Source of the DNA: Candidatus Hydrogenedentota bacterium
Lineage (GTDB): Bacteria > Hydrogenedentota > Hydrogenedentia > Hydrogenedentales > SLHB01
Direction of reading: 5' to 3'
Length of the DNA: 64,000 nucleotides
NCBI GenBank assembly: GCA_045863335.1
Contig: BTVY01000007.1
Coordinates: 64,001-128,000, forward strand
Shown here one piece after another: positions 26,894 to 36,346 of this stretch. Each line of letters begins with the position of its first letter. Position 1 is the stretch's first letter. The notes beneath the pieces were generated by a model that saw only the letters and a list, made by a program, of their open reading frames with translations, searched no databases and was not told the origin of the DNA. The position numbers and the translations under genes are program-made.

Positions 26894-27508
26894 CTATTTG
26901 TCGTCTCCCCGGGCCGATTCTTCCGCCATGACACGGTCTTTCGCTCCGGCCGGATCGTCCCAGCCAGGCCGGTCGATCCAAGCGACTGAACTCGCCTCGC
27001 CGAGCTGTTCGTCTACCGGGGTACTCCGATGGGTGCTGGGGAATATCGAGGCCATCGCCGCGAAGGCATGGGATTGTCCAAACAACGTGTATCGCATGAT
27101 TATAATCAGCAGGAAAAACCAGGCCGAGACTTTTGCAAACGCCACAACAAGAACCACGACGCGGAGATTCGGTATCGGAATGTCCGCAAGATGGCCCACT
27201 TGGGCCAGCGAAAAGTTCAGGAAGGCCACCAAACCGACAATGGAAAACTGCAACGCCCGGGCCTTCGCATCGATCCGGGACAACCCTGCTTCCAGGCACC
27301 GGTGGTACGCAAAAAGACCCAAGTACGCCGAGAAGGCCAAGGTAATCAGGTGCGGACTGTTTACCATGGCGTTCAACACGCTGACCTGCCCCAGGTCCCG
27401 GAGTGTGAAAAAGAGCCGCTCCGGCTCCAGCCCGGCCAAGAAGAACACGGACCAGATTGCGGCCGCGGGCAGAGACCATGGGTCCCATTGTTTTACCGTT
27501 TGCGACAA
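26894..27508 (-). CDS. Hypothetical membrane protein (about 4 TM)
   Basis: Hydrophobic segments; probable TTG start at 27508 with GGAG 7 nt upstream. Confidence 0.65.
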   Translation of the reverse strand: MSQTVKQWDPWSLPAAAIWSVFFLAGLEPERLFFTLRDLGQVSVLNAMVNSPHLITLAFSAYLGLFAYHRCLEAGLSRIDAKARALQFSIVGLVAFLNFSLAQVGHLADIPIPNLRVVVLVVAFAKVSAWFFLLIIIMRYTLFGQSHAFAAMASIFPSTHRSTPVDEQLGEASSVAWIDRPGWDDPAGAKDRVMAEESARGDDK

Positions 27509-27673
27509 TTTGTAACTCCGGCGTTGGCAGGCGAATAGGCGTCCCGGCGCGTTGCGACGGGGTGCCCGGTCATGCAGACGCGAACACCACCCTCCATAGA
27601 ATCGGAACCCCATAGGCCATGCGAATTGTTCTTCAGCAATGGTATCACATGGCCCGGCCGGAGACGAGAAGCG

Positions 27674-28852
27674 TCACAACCCGGAACGCAGGACGGCGTC
27701 GCAGATGGGGCCCCGCGACTTGTGCCCCTTCAGAACGAGGTGGCCGTAGTTGTGACTGCCACGAAGTTTGCGGACAATCCAGTTCAGGGCGTTGTTGGAT
27801 TCGTTCAGGTACGGGTTGTCGACCTGGCGCGTATCGCCGAGGCAGATGCATTTCACGTTCTCGCCCATGCGCGTGAGCAGCGCCCGAATCTCCGTTCGCG
27901 ACAGGTTCTGCGTTTCGTCGATGATGACCACCGCGTCTTCGATGTTCATTCCGCGAATGAAAGCGAGCGGGAGGATTTCGAAGCGGGCCGAGTCGTACTT
28001 GGACTGTTCCGCCTTGGGATCGGCGAAGATCTTGTTTGCCGGGCGCAAGGCATGAAGCTTCGCCGTGAGGCCGTGCAGATAACTCACGTAAGGTTCGATC
28101 TTCTCCGCCACATCCCCGGGAAGGAAACCCATCTTCGTGCCGATTTCGATCATGGGTTTCAGCACGTAAATCTTGTTGAACCGCTTTTGCTCGAGTGTCA
28201 GGTACAGCGCCGCGGCGAGTGCAAGAAAGGTCTTCCCAAAGCCGGCTTCGCTTTGCAGGGTGACGAGATCGATGCGCTCGTTCAACAGCAGTTCGAACGC
28301 GAGATTCTGATATACCGTGCGCGGCTTGACCTTCCATATCTCGTGTTCGTACTCGATGACGCGGGGCCCTTCGGGTCCGTGGAAGAGGGGCTTACCTTCG
28401 TGCCACTCAAAACAGTTGGGGTATGGCTCCTCCCCTTCGGCGACAAAACCTGTATAGTGCTGCGATTCCGATTCGAAGGGATTGGAACTCTTGAACTCCT
28501 GGCTGCGAACTCCGCTGTGCTCCGCCAACAATTGCAGGATTCGGTCGTTGGTGACCAGGATAGGGTCGTCCATCCCCCCGCTCTTGATGTCTTTGAGGAT
28601 TTGCAGGTCGACGTTGGGCAGCGGTTCCGTCCCGTTCTGGCCGATAATCTTGATAACACTGAAATTCTCGCGGATGGAATCGACCGCTTTCGCCACGAGA
28701 TGCTGGACGCGCGGTTCCTTCTTGAGCTTGTCCAATTCCAGCAACACGTGAAACGGGATGCTGACCGAGTTCTCCTCCCCATTTCGCAGGATGCGAATGC
28801 AATTTGGATCTTCCAGCAGCGCGTTGGTGTCCAGAACGTAACTCTTCTTCAT
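27674..28852 (-). CDS. phoH: PIN-PhoH (PhoH2/YlaK-like) ATPase/RNase
   Basis: YVLDTN, ELDKLK, VTND (PIN domain); AGFGKT, GFLPG, IRG, IIDETQN, GD..QVDNPYL. Confidence 0.92.
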   Translation of the reverse strand: MKKSYVLDTNALLEDPNCIRILRNGEENSVSIPFHVLLELDKLKKEPRVQHLVAKAVDSIRENFSVIKIIGQNGTEPLPNVDLQILKDIKSGGMDDPILVTNDRILQLLAEHSGVRSQEFKSSNPFESESQHYTGFVAEGEEPYPNCFEWHEGKPLFHGPEGPRVIEYEHEIWKVKPRTVYQNLAFELLLNERIDLVTLQSEAGFGKTFLALAAALYLTLEQKRFNKIYVLKPMIEIGTKMGFLPGDVAEKIEPYVSYLHGLTAKLHALRPANKIFADPKAEQSKYDSARFEILPLAFIRGMNIEDAVVIIDETQNLSRTEIRALLTRMGENVKCICLGDTRQVDNPYLNESNNALNWIVRKLRGSHNYGHLVLKGHKSRGPICDAVLRSGL

Positions 28853-29428
28853 GAATTCGCCTCCAATACGAAAGAGCGGGAAGAATCGCGTCTAAGGTCG
28901 CCCGGACGGTGAATGACGCCGGCGAACCGGCATACAAGAGCAGAGTTTGGTGAGATTTCGGTGAGCGAGTCCCGGAGTACTTCGGGCAGAACGGCGGCGC
29001 TGCCGGCCGGCGCTACTGCAGGTCCATCGGGACTCACAGCCCCGCCTGGAACCATCCGCTTCCTCTCGGACGCCCAATCCCGAGGAGGGGCGCTCGTTCG
29101 GCAGTACTTGCCGGATGACCATAGGTGGCGTCCGGCGCTTCGTTGGACTCCGCGTGCGTCTATGTCGCGCTTCCTTGGCCCGGTCGCTGCCGCAGGGGAT
29201 TCCTCGGTCCGGGGCATCCGGCCGAAGGCGCAGCGCCTGTTCCAACTGACGGGGCGGAGAGGTTAGCCTGCCTCGCCACCCTTCCATTACGAGCATACCA
29301 TACAAGATGTAGGATTGCTATAGCCGAAACTACAACATATTGAATTTATGGATTTGCTCAGAACGACAAACATGACGGGGATTGGCCACCTCATGCTATA
29401 GTACGCGCCGCAACTTCGGGGGTCTCCA

Positions 29429-30235
29429 ATGCATCCCATACTCCTCGATTCTTTCGGGATTACGATAAGTTCGTATGCCGTTGTGCTCGCAATTGCCGTA
29501 GTAGCCGCCTCAGCCGCCACCGTCCGCAAGGCGGAACATCGGGACGTTCGCTTCAGCTATTGGACGGCGGTGGGCGCCCTTCTCGGGGGAATGGTGGGAG
29601 CCAGGGCGTTCTGGATTCTCCAATTCAGCGAATGGACTAATCTTGGGCGCGCGGCGATCGTATGGGCGCCTGGTATGGTCCTGTACGGCGGCGTTCTGGG
29701 CGCCGTGGCGACACTTGTCGTCTTATCCCGGATTCAAAGGCAGGCCTTGCTGCCGGTGTTGGACGTCGCAGCGCCACACGCCGCCCTGGGCGAGGGTATC
29801 GCGCGAATTGGGTGCTTCCTCGCGGGGTGCTGTTGGGGCGCGCCGTGCGCCGTTCCCTGGGGCGTCCGGTTTCCCGCAGGCAGTTTGGCGTACGGCGCGC
29901 AACTTGAAGCGGGGCTGACTGACGCATCGGCGACCCATTCGCTGCCAGTCCATCCCACCCAACTTTACATGACAGTGGGATTGGCCATCGGCTACTTCGC
30001 GTTGCGCGGCATACTGCATCGTCCCCACCCGAACGGCCTCGTCCTCGCCTCGTATCTCGCGTACTACGGCGCGCTTCGATTTGCCGTCGAGTGCTTTCGG
30101 GGCGACAGCACGCGGCCACTCTGGGGAATGACGCTCTCGCAAGCGATTAGTGTGATGCTGCTCGTGGCGGGTGTAACGGCAGTGGTCGTACTCCAACGGA
30201 TTGACCACAGTACCAATACCGGCAGCGACCGGTAG
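29429..30235 (+). CDS. lgt: Prolipoprotein diacylglyceryl transferase
   Basis: MHPIL, SY, GMVLYGG, RIGCFLAGCCWG, HPTQLY, YGALRFAVECFRGD. Confidence 0.88.
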   Translation: MHPILLDSFGITISSYAVVLAIAVVAASAATVRKAEHRDVRFSYWTAVGALLGGMVGARAFWILQFSEWTNLGRAAIVWAPGMVLYGGVLGAVATLVVLSRIQRQALLPVLDVAAPHAALGEGIARIGCFLAGCCWGAPCAVPWGVRFPAGSLAYGAQLEAGLTDASATHSLPVHPTQLYMTVGLAIGYFALRGILHRPHPNGLVLASYLAYYGALRFAVECFRGDSTRPLWGMTLSQAISVMLLVAGVTAVVVLQRIDHSTNTGSDR

Positions 30236-30333
30236 CCACGCGGCATACCTTCCTTGCATGGCTGCTCGCTCCTGCGTATTCTGCTTGGTGCAAACCATTT
30301 TTCCGGCATAACTTGTCAAACATTGGAGATGCA

Positions 30334-31101
30334 ATGAAGAGATTGATTTCGTGGAATGTGAACGGCATTCGCGCGGCGGGCCGAAACGGATTTCTGGAGT
30401 GGCTGGACCGGGAGAAACCGGACGTCGTGTGCGTGCAGGAGATAAAGGCGAATCCGGACGATGTACCCCAGGAACTGCGCGAACCGAAAGGATACGCGAG
30501 CCTGTGGCAACCGGCGAAGAAGAAGGGCTACAGCGGCGTTGCGACCTATTTTCGGGTCAAGAGCGAGCCGTTGGCGGTCGCAACCATGGGTATCGGCGAA
30601 TTCGATGATGAGGGACGAGTGCAACTCGTCGAGTACAAAGATTTCACCGTCGTCAATGCATATTATCCCAACGCCCAGGCCGAGCGGGCGAGGCTGGACT
30701 ACAAGCTGGGATTCTGCAAGGCCATGCTCAAGTTGTGCAACAAGCTGCGCAAAGCCGGCACCAACCTGGTGATCTGCGGCGACTACAATATCGCGCACAA
30801 AGAGATCGACCTGGCACGCCCGAAGGACAACCGGAATAGTCCCGGTTTCTATCCCGAGGAATGCGCGTGCATGGACGAGTTTGTTCAAGCGGGTTACGTG
30901 GACACCTTCCGGCATTTTAATCCGAATCCCGGGCACTATACCTGGTGGTCGTACCGGTCGCGGGCGCGGGAGAAGAACATCGGCTGGAGAATTGACTACC
31001 ACTGCGTGAACGCGGAGTTTTTGCCGAAGGTCAAGTCTGCTCACATTCACGCGGACATCATGGGTTCCGACCATTGCCCCGTTTCCATCACGGTGAATTA
31101 G
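30334..31101 (+). CDS. xth: Exodeoxyribonuclease III
   Basis: SWNVNGIRA, QEIK, GYSGVA, GDYNIAH, YTWWSYR, GWRIDY, GSDHCP. Confidence 0.95.
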   Translation: MKRLISWNVNGIRAAGRNGFLEWLDREKPDVVCVQEIKANPDDVPQELREPKGYASLWQPAKKKGYSGVATYFRVKSEPLAVATMGIGEFDDEGRVQLVEYKDFTVVNAYYPNAQAERARLDYKLGFCKAMLKLCNKLRKAGTNLVICGDYNIAHKEIDLARPKDNRNSPGFYPEECACMDEFVQAGYVDTFRHFNPNPGHYTWWSYRSRAREKNIGWRIDYHCVNAEFLPKVKSAHIHADIMGSDHCPVSITVN

Positions 31102-31105
31102 GCAC

Positions 31106-31696
31106 ATGAAATCGCAAGTCACCACCAAGCACGGCGATTCGGGAGATACAACGACCCTGGCCGGCGAGAAGGTATCCAAATCGCACGCGATTGTGGAATG
31201 CACGGGCTGTATCGACGAGGCGCGCGCCTGGACGGCCCTGGTCCGGCAACGTCTCACCTCGGCGAATCTCGAAGATGCCGCCCACTGGCAAGACTTTCTC
31301 CTGTGGTTGCTGCACGTGTATTTCGTGATCGGGTCCGCATGCAGCGACCCCGCGAACCGGCGGCCCACCTATCACCCTCGCGTGCTTGGGCAAGCAGATA
31401 TCGAGCGCCTCGAATCGGAGCAACAGCGGCTGGAAGATCGAGTCAAGCTGCCACGCCAGTTTGCCGCGTCCGGAGCAAATCCGGTGGCCGCGGAATGCGA
31501 CGTCCTGGTTACGGTGGTCCGCCGCATGGAACGGTCCGTGGTTCGGCTGCGGGAATCGGTCCCCGATTTCGAAGCGACAGCCATTCTCATATTCGTCAAC
31601 CGTCTCAGCGACACGCTGTTTATGCTGGCGCGGTACCTGGACGGAGGCGTCCACGTGCCGGTCGACTACCGGCTGCTCGATACGGGCATGGAGTAG
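31106..31696 (+). CDS. pduO: ATP:cob(I)alamin adenosyltransferase (PduO type)
   Basis: TKHGDSGDT, V.K, G.IDE, VVRRMER, NRLSDTLFMLAR. Confidence 0.88.
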   Translation: MKSQVTTKHGDSGDTTTLAGEKVSKSHAIVECTGCIDEARAWTALVRQRLTSANLEDAAHWQDFLLWLLHVYFVIGSACSDPANRRPTYHPRVLGQADIERLESEQQRLEDRVKLPRQFAASGANPVAAECDVLVTVVRRMERSVVRLRESVPDFEATAILIFVNRLSDTLFMLARYLDGGVHVPVDYRLLDTGME

Positions 31697-31732
31697 TTGC
31701 CGGCAATGAAGCAAAGGAAGTCAGAGTAAGTC

Positions 31733-32368
31733 ATGGCGAAATTCCTGCCGCTCTTTCCACTGCAATTGGTGGTGTTTCCGGGAGAGAAGCTCAAGCTTCA
31801 CATTTTTGAACCACGGTACAAACAACTCGTTGGCGAATGCCAAGGTGAAGGGATTACGTTTGGGATACCGGCATATCTCGAAGGGCGGGTCGCCGAGTTT
31901 GGAACGGAGATGCGTCTCCTCAATATCTTCCGCACCTACGAAAACGGCGAAACGGATGTGCTGGTGGAAGGCGTCGCCGCGTTTCAACTGCTGCGATTTC
32001 AACGCGCGATACCGGACAAGCTCTATTCCGGGGGCGATGTGTTGGTCATCGAGAATGACGCGGTGTCCTATTCCATTACGGTCGAAGAACTGGCCAGTCA
32101 ATACGCCCGGTTTCATGAGTTGCTGAAGTCCGGTTACAGCCGGGATCGGTTTGACGCGGAGAACCTCTCGTTCCACATTGCGCATGAAGTCGGGCTCACC
32201 CTGCAGCAGAAAGTGCACCTCCTCTCGATTCCCAAGGAGTCCGAACGGCAACTCATGCTCCTGGAGCATTTGCACACGGTTATTCCGGTGCTGGAAGGCG
32301 CCAACGAGACCCGAAAACGGGTCAAAGGGAATGGCCACTTCAAAACCCTGCCGCCACTTGAGTTATAA
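31733..32368 (+). CDS. LON peptidase substrate-binding (N-terminal) domain protein
   Basis: LPLFPLQLVVFPGEKLKLHIFEPRY. Confidence 0.9.
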   Translation: MAKFLPLFPLQLVVFPGEKLKLHIFEPRYKQLVGECQGEGITFGIPAYLEGRVAEFGTEMRLLNIFRTYENGETDVLVEGVAAFQLLRFQRAIPDKLYSGGDVLVIENDAVSYSITVEELASQYARFHELLKSGYSRDRFDAENLSFHIAHEVGLTLQQKVHLLSIPKESERQLMLLEHLHTVIPVLEGANETRKRVKGNGHFKTLPPLEL

Positions 32369-32469
32369 GTTTCGGCACCCTATCGTGTTATCCCATTCTT
32401 TGAACGCGCGGCGACCTGTTGATAGACTGATCGACGGGAGGCGAAACCGACGCTTCCCGGAGGTGCAAG

Positions 32470-33294
32470 ATGAGCGAAACCACCATACGAAGAGCCGCTG
32501 TCGCAGGCCAGTTCTATCCGGAAGACCCGGAAGCGCTTCGTCGTGTCACGCTGCACCATATTGAAAGTGCGGACGTGGAACCGGCCCCGGACATGGTAAC
32601 TACCATCGTATCCCCCCATGCGGGATTTATGTATTCCGGACCCACGGCCGGCCACGCCTACGCCCGCGTTCGCGGAAAACAGCCGGGGCGAGTGGTATTG
32701 CTCGGGTGTTCCCATCGATACTTTATCGATACGGCATCCGTGTTCACACGGGGATCCTTCGAGTGTCCCGCAGGGACCTTTCCCATCGACGAACCTTTCG
32801 CGGAAGAACTCGCCAAGGCCCTGGATTCCGAACCGGATGAACCCCACCGTCCCGAACATTCGCTGGAGGTTCAGCTGCCGTTCCTCGCGTGTTCGCTTGG
32901 CGTCGTGCCCATTGTTCCGGTCCTGTTCGGCGGGCCCGTACGCGAATGGCACGCGCGCGTGGGCGAACGGCTTGCAACCATGCTCAATCGCGACGACCTC
33001 GTCGTCGCCTCGACAGATCTCTCCCACTACCTGTCCGAGCAAGAGGCGAATGCAATTGACAAGCGGTCCATTGAATCCGTGCTCTCCAAGGACTGGCAAG
33101 CTTTTGCGGAGGGTATCGAACGCCGATCCTGTTCCATGTGCGGCGCGTCGGCCGTAACGGCAGCGATGGTTTGCGCGTTGAACCGGCAGGCCGAGGCATG
33201 GCGCATGCTGGACTATCGAACCAGCGCCGCCGCTTCGGGCGACTATTCACGCGTGGTTGGATACGCCGCGCTGTCCATGGAGCGGGCCGCATGA
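32470..33294 (+). CDS. amrB: AmmeMemoRadiSam system protein B (MEMO1 family)
   Basis: R.AAVAGQFYP, PHAGFMYSG, EHSLEVQLPFL, ASTDLSHY, MCG, VVGY. Confidence 0.92.
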   Translation: MSETTIRRAAVAGQFYPEDPEALRRVTLHHIESADVEPAPDMVTTIVSPHAGFMYSGPTAGHAYARVRGKQPGRVVLLGCSHRYFIDTASVFTRGSFECPAGTFPIDEPFAEELAKALDSEPDEPHRPEHSLEVQLPFLACSLGVVPIVPVLFGGPVREWHARVGERLATMLNRDDLVVASTDLSHYLSEQEANAIDKRSIESVLSKDWQAFAEGIERRSCSMCGASAVTAAMVCALNRQAEAWRMLDYRTSAAASGDYSRVVGYAALSMERAA

Positions 33295-34391
33295 CGGTCC
33301 AGGACGTGTGTGACGCCATCGAACGGCTGGCCCCTCCGGGATTTGCCTACTCCTGGGACCGTGTGGGGCTGAGTTGCGGAACCCCCCAACAGCCCGTGAA
33401 GGGCGCGGTCGTCGCCTTGACCGTGACGCGGGATGTGCTGAACGCCGCGCTGCGGTCCAGGGCCAATCTGATCGTATCGCACCACCCGTTGATCTGGGAA
33501 CCTTTGCGGACGTTGCGCAGGGATGACCCGCACACGGCCCTTTGCCTCGACATCGCGCAAGCGGGCATCGCGTGTTTCGCGGCCCACACCAATCTCGATG
33601 TGGTCCCCGGCGGCGTCAACACAGTCCTGGCGGAACGGCTGGGGCTCACCGATCTCGTTCCCCTCGTTACCGTGCCGCAGGCGGAGCAAATAAAACTGGT
33701 TAGCTTCGTGCCAGAATCTCATTTGGCGGACGTACGCGGCGCGGTGTGCAATGCCGGGGCCGGCGTCATTGGCGAGTACACGCATTGCTCCTTCAGCGCG
33801 CCGGGCGTTGGCACGTTTCTACCGGGCGATAAGGCTCGGCCGTTTTCGGGATTGAAGCATACGGTCAACGAAGAGCCGGAACGGCGTTTCGAGGTGCTGG
33901 TTCCGAAAGCACGGCTGGGGGCGGTACTGGCGGCGTTGGCAAAAGCGCATCCCTACGAGGAGCCCGCCTACGACGTCGTTCCGCTTGACGGTTCGGATCG
34001 GTCGATTTCACTCGGGCTAAAAGGTATGCTCCGCCGGGAACTGACGTTGAACCGGTTCGCCTCGCATGTGCGGCAGACACTTGACGTCAGCCACGTCCGC
34101 GTTGTCGGCGAAGGCAACCGGAAGATCCGCCGCGTGGGAGTCCTCGGGGGCGCTGGGGGAAGCGAAGTTGGTTCCATACCGTCAGACGTGGATGTCCTCG
34201 TGACGGGGGATGTGGATTATCACGATGCCTTGAACGCGCAGGACCGCAATTTGTGTGTTGTGGATGCGGGTCACGTGGGAACCGAGAAGTGGATTGTACC
34301 CGCGCTGGTACGATTCCTGGAAGCAGAGTTTCCGAAACTGAAGGTTGCGGGGTATGACGAACCGGATCCTTTTCGCGTCGTCACGAAGTAA
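33291..34391 (+). CDS. Nif3-like dinuclear metal centre hexameric protein with YqfO/PII-like insert
   Basis: WDRVGL, HHPLIW, HTNLD, KLVSFVP...HPYEEPAYD, DAGH..TE; ATGA overlap. Confidence 0.92.
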   Translation: MTVQDVCDAIERLAPPGFAYSWDRVGLSCGTPQQPVKGAVVALTVTRDVLNAALRSRANLIVSHHPLIWEPLRTLRRDDPHTALCLDIAQAGIACFAAHTNLDVVPGGVNTVLAERLGLTDLVPLVTVPQAEQIKLVSFVPESHLADVRGAVCNAGAGVIGEYTHCSFSAPGVGTFLPGDKARPFSGLKHTVNEEPERRFEVLVPKARLGAVLAALAKAHPYEEPAYDVVPLDGSDRSISLGLKGMLRRELTLNRFASHVRQTLDVSHVRVVGEGNRKIRRVGVLGGAGGSEVGSIPSDVDVLVTGDVDYHDALNAQDRNLCVVDAGHVGTEKWIVPALVRFLEAEFPKLKVAGYDEPDPFRVVTK

Positions 34392-34406
34392 ACAGAAGGA
34401 CCTTCT

Positions 34407-35873
34407 ATGTCCGGACCATTGAATATCCTTTACGTCAGTTCCGAAGTGGTGCCCTTCGTGAAGACGGGCGGGTTGGCCGACGTTTCCGAGGCGCTCCCGC
34501 GCGCGCTTCGCGCACAGGGGCACGACGTGCGAATCGCCATGCCCTGTTACGGCACCATTCCGGACGCGCTCAAGGGTGAGCGTTCGGGTCCGTGCTCGGC
34601 GCGCGTGAACGGGGATACCCGCTTTGCCGCGTGGCGCACCTCGAAACTGCCGGATTCCGACATCCCGGTCTATCTCATCGAACACGACCAGTATTTCTGG
34701 CGCGATCACCCCTACGGCGCAGGCAATATGGAGTATCCCGACAATCTGGAACGGTTCTGTTTCTTCTGTCTGGCCGTACTGGATTTCATCCCCCAGACGG
34801 GTTGGGTGCCCGACGTAATTCATTGTCACGACTGGCACACCGCTCCCATTCCCGCGTATATCAAGACCCGCTTCGTCGACCATCCATTCTGGGGTGGAAT
34901 TCCGACGGTGTTCACCATCCACAACCTGGCGTACCAGGGACGCTTCGCTTCGTCGCTGCTCCCGAAGACGGGTTTGGGCTGGGAACTGTTCTCGCCCAAG
35001 TACCTCGAGTTCTACGGCGACATCAATCTCATGAAGGGGGGCGTGATATTCGCGTCCAAGCTAAATACGGTCAGCAAAACCTATGCGAAGGAGATCCAGA
35101 CCGACCTTGCGGGAAACGGCCTGGAAGGCGTGCTCCGAACACGCGCTACAGATCTGATCGGCATTCAGAACGGCGTCGACCTTGGCGTGTGGAATCCGGT
35201 GACCGATCGCCGCATCGCCGCGACATACAGCGCCGACGACCTGGCCGGCAAGACAGCGTGCAAACCCGCACTCCAGAAACTTGCTCAACTTCCCGTTCGC
35301 GAAGTCCCTGTTTATGGCGTGGTGTCGCGCCTCGTGTGGGACAAGGGCATCCCGTTGCTGGTATCCACCCTGGAACAAATGTTGAAAGAGGACATCCAAC
35401 TCATCCTGCTAGGGTCCGGCGACGCGAGCTTCGAGGGAGCGCTGCGCCAGACCGCTCAGGCACACCCGGATAAGTTGTCGGTGACCATCGGATATGACGA
35501 GGATCTCGCGCACCAGATCTACGCGGGCTGTGACTTCTACCTGATGCCGTCGCGCACAGAACCCTGCGGATTGAGCCAGATGTACAGCATGCTCTACGGG
35601 ACGGTGCCTATCGTCCATCACACGGGAGGGCTTGCGGACACGGTCACGGATGCGACAGCCAAAAACCTGACCAACGACACGGCGACCGGGTTCGCATTCC
35701 GCACGTGGACCGATCGCGCGTTTCTGAATGCGTTCAAACGCGCCCAGAGAACCTATCGCGATACAGAGACGTTGGCAATGCTCCGCCGGAACGGGATGCG
35801 GCAGGACTTTTCGTGGAGCAGTTCCGCGAAGCAATACGTGCAACTGTTCAGGGAGGCGATGGCCGCGCCGTGA
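34407..35873 (+). CDS. glgA: Glycogen synthase
   Basis: KTGGLADV, HCHDWHT, TIHNLAYQG, MPSRTEPCGLSQMY, TGGLADTV. Confidence 0.95.
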   Translation: MSGPLNILYVSSEVVPFVKTGGLADVSEALPRALRAQGHDVRIAMPCYGTIPDALKGERSGPCSARVNGDTRFAAWRTSKLPDSDIPVYLIEHDQYFWRDHPYGAGNMEYPDNLERFCFFCLAVLDFIPQTGWVPDVIHCHDWHTAPIPAYIKTRFVDHPFWGGIPTVFTIHNLAYQGRFASSLLPKTGLGWELFSPKYLEFYGDINLMKGGVIFASKLNTVSKTYAKEIQTDLAGNGLEGVLRTRATDLIGIQNGVDLGVWNPVTDRRIAATYSADDLAGKTACKPALQKLAQLPVREVPVYGVVSRLVWDKGIPLLVSTLEQMLKEDIQLILLGSGDASFEGALRQTAQAHPDKLSVTIGYDEDLAHQIYAGCDFYLMPSRTEPCGLSQMYSMLYGTVPIVHHTGGLADTVTDATAKNLTNDTATGFAFRTWTDRAFLNAFKRAQRTYRDTETLAMLRRNGMRQDFSWSSSAKQYVQLFREAMAAP

Positions 35874-36346
35874 GCAACTCGAGCGTGGTGCTGACAACGC
35901 GGTCTCCCGAGGAGACGGAGCGGCTGGGAGAAGCGCTGGCGCGGCTTATGCCGACTGGCGGGACGGTCGCGCTGCGGGGTGAACTGGCTTCAGGAAAGAC
36001 CTGTTTCGTCCGCGGCATGGCCCGTGCGGTTGCCGACGATCCTTCCATACACAGCCCCACGTTCACGTTAATCAATGAGTATGGTTCGGCGCGCAAACTC
36101 TTTCACCTGGACCTGTATCGACTGGGGTCTATAGACGAGGTTGCCGAACTCGGCGTGGAAGAGTTGTTCGACAGCGCCAGCATCTGCGCCGTGGAATGGG
36201 CGGAACGCGCGGAGCTTCTATTGCCGGCTAAACGCGTAGATGTACATTTCGACCATGCGGGAGAGGATCGGCGGACGATTGAAATCGGCGACCGCGGATT
36301 ACTTGCCCCGGGCTGGCGTGAGACCATTCGCGATTTACAGGTTTAG
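35870..36346 (+). CDS. tsaE: tRNA t6A biosynthesis ATPase TsaE
   Basis: GELASGKT, SPTFTL, HLDLYRL, VEW; GTGA overlap with glgA. Confidence 0.93.
   Translation: MSNSSVVLTTRSPEETERLGEALARLMPTGGTVALRGELASGKTCFVRGMARAVADDPSIHSPTFTLINEYGSARKLFHLDLYRLGSIDEVAELGVEELFDSASICAVEWAERAELLLPAKRVDVHFDHAGEDRRTIEIGDRGLLAPGWRETIRDLQV

Noticed and set aside
28853-29428. ORFs and a GTCTAAGG...ATGAC c-di-GMP riboswitch-like stretch between phoH and lgt
   Set aside because: The ORFs lack coherent domains (only a short TPR-like QLEQALRLRPD), and the RNA motif lacks P1 and is on the wrong strand for phoH.
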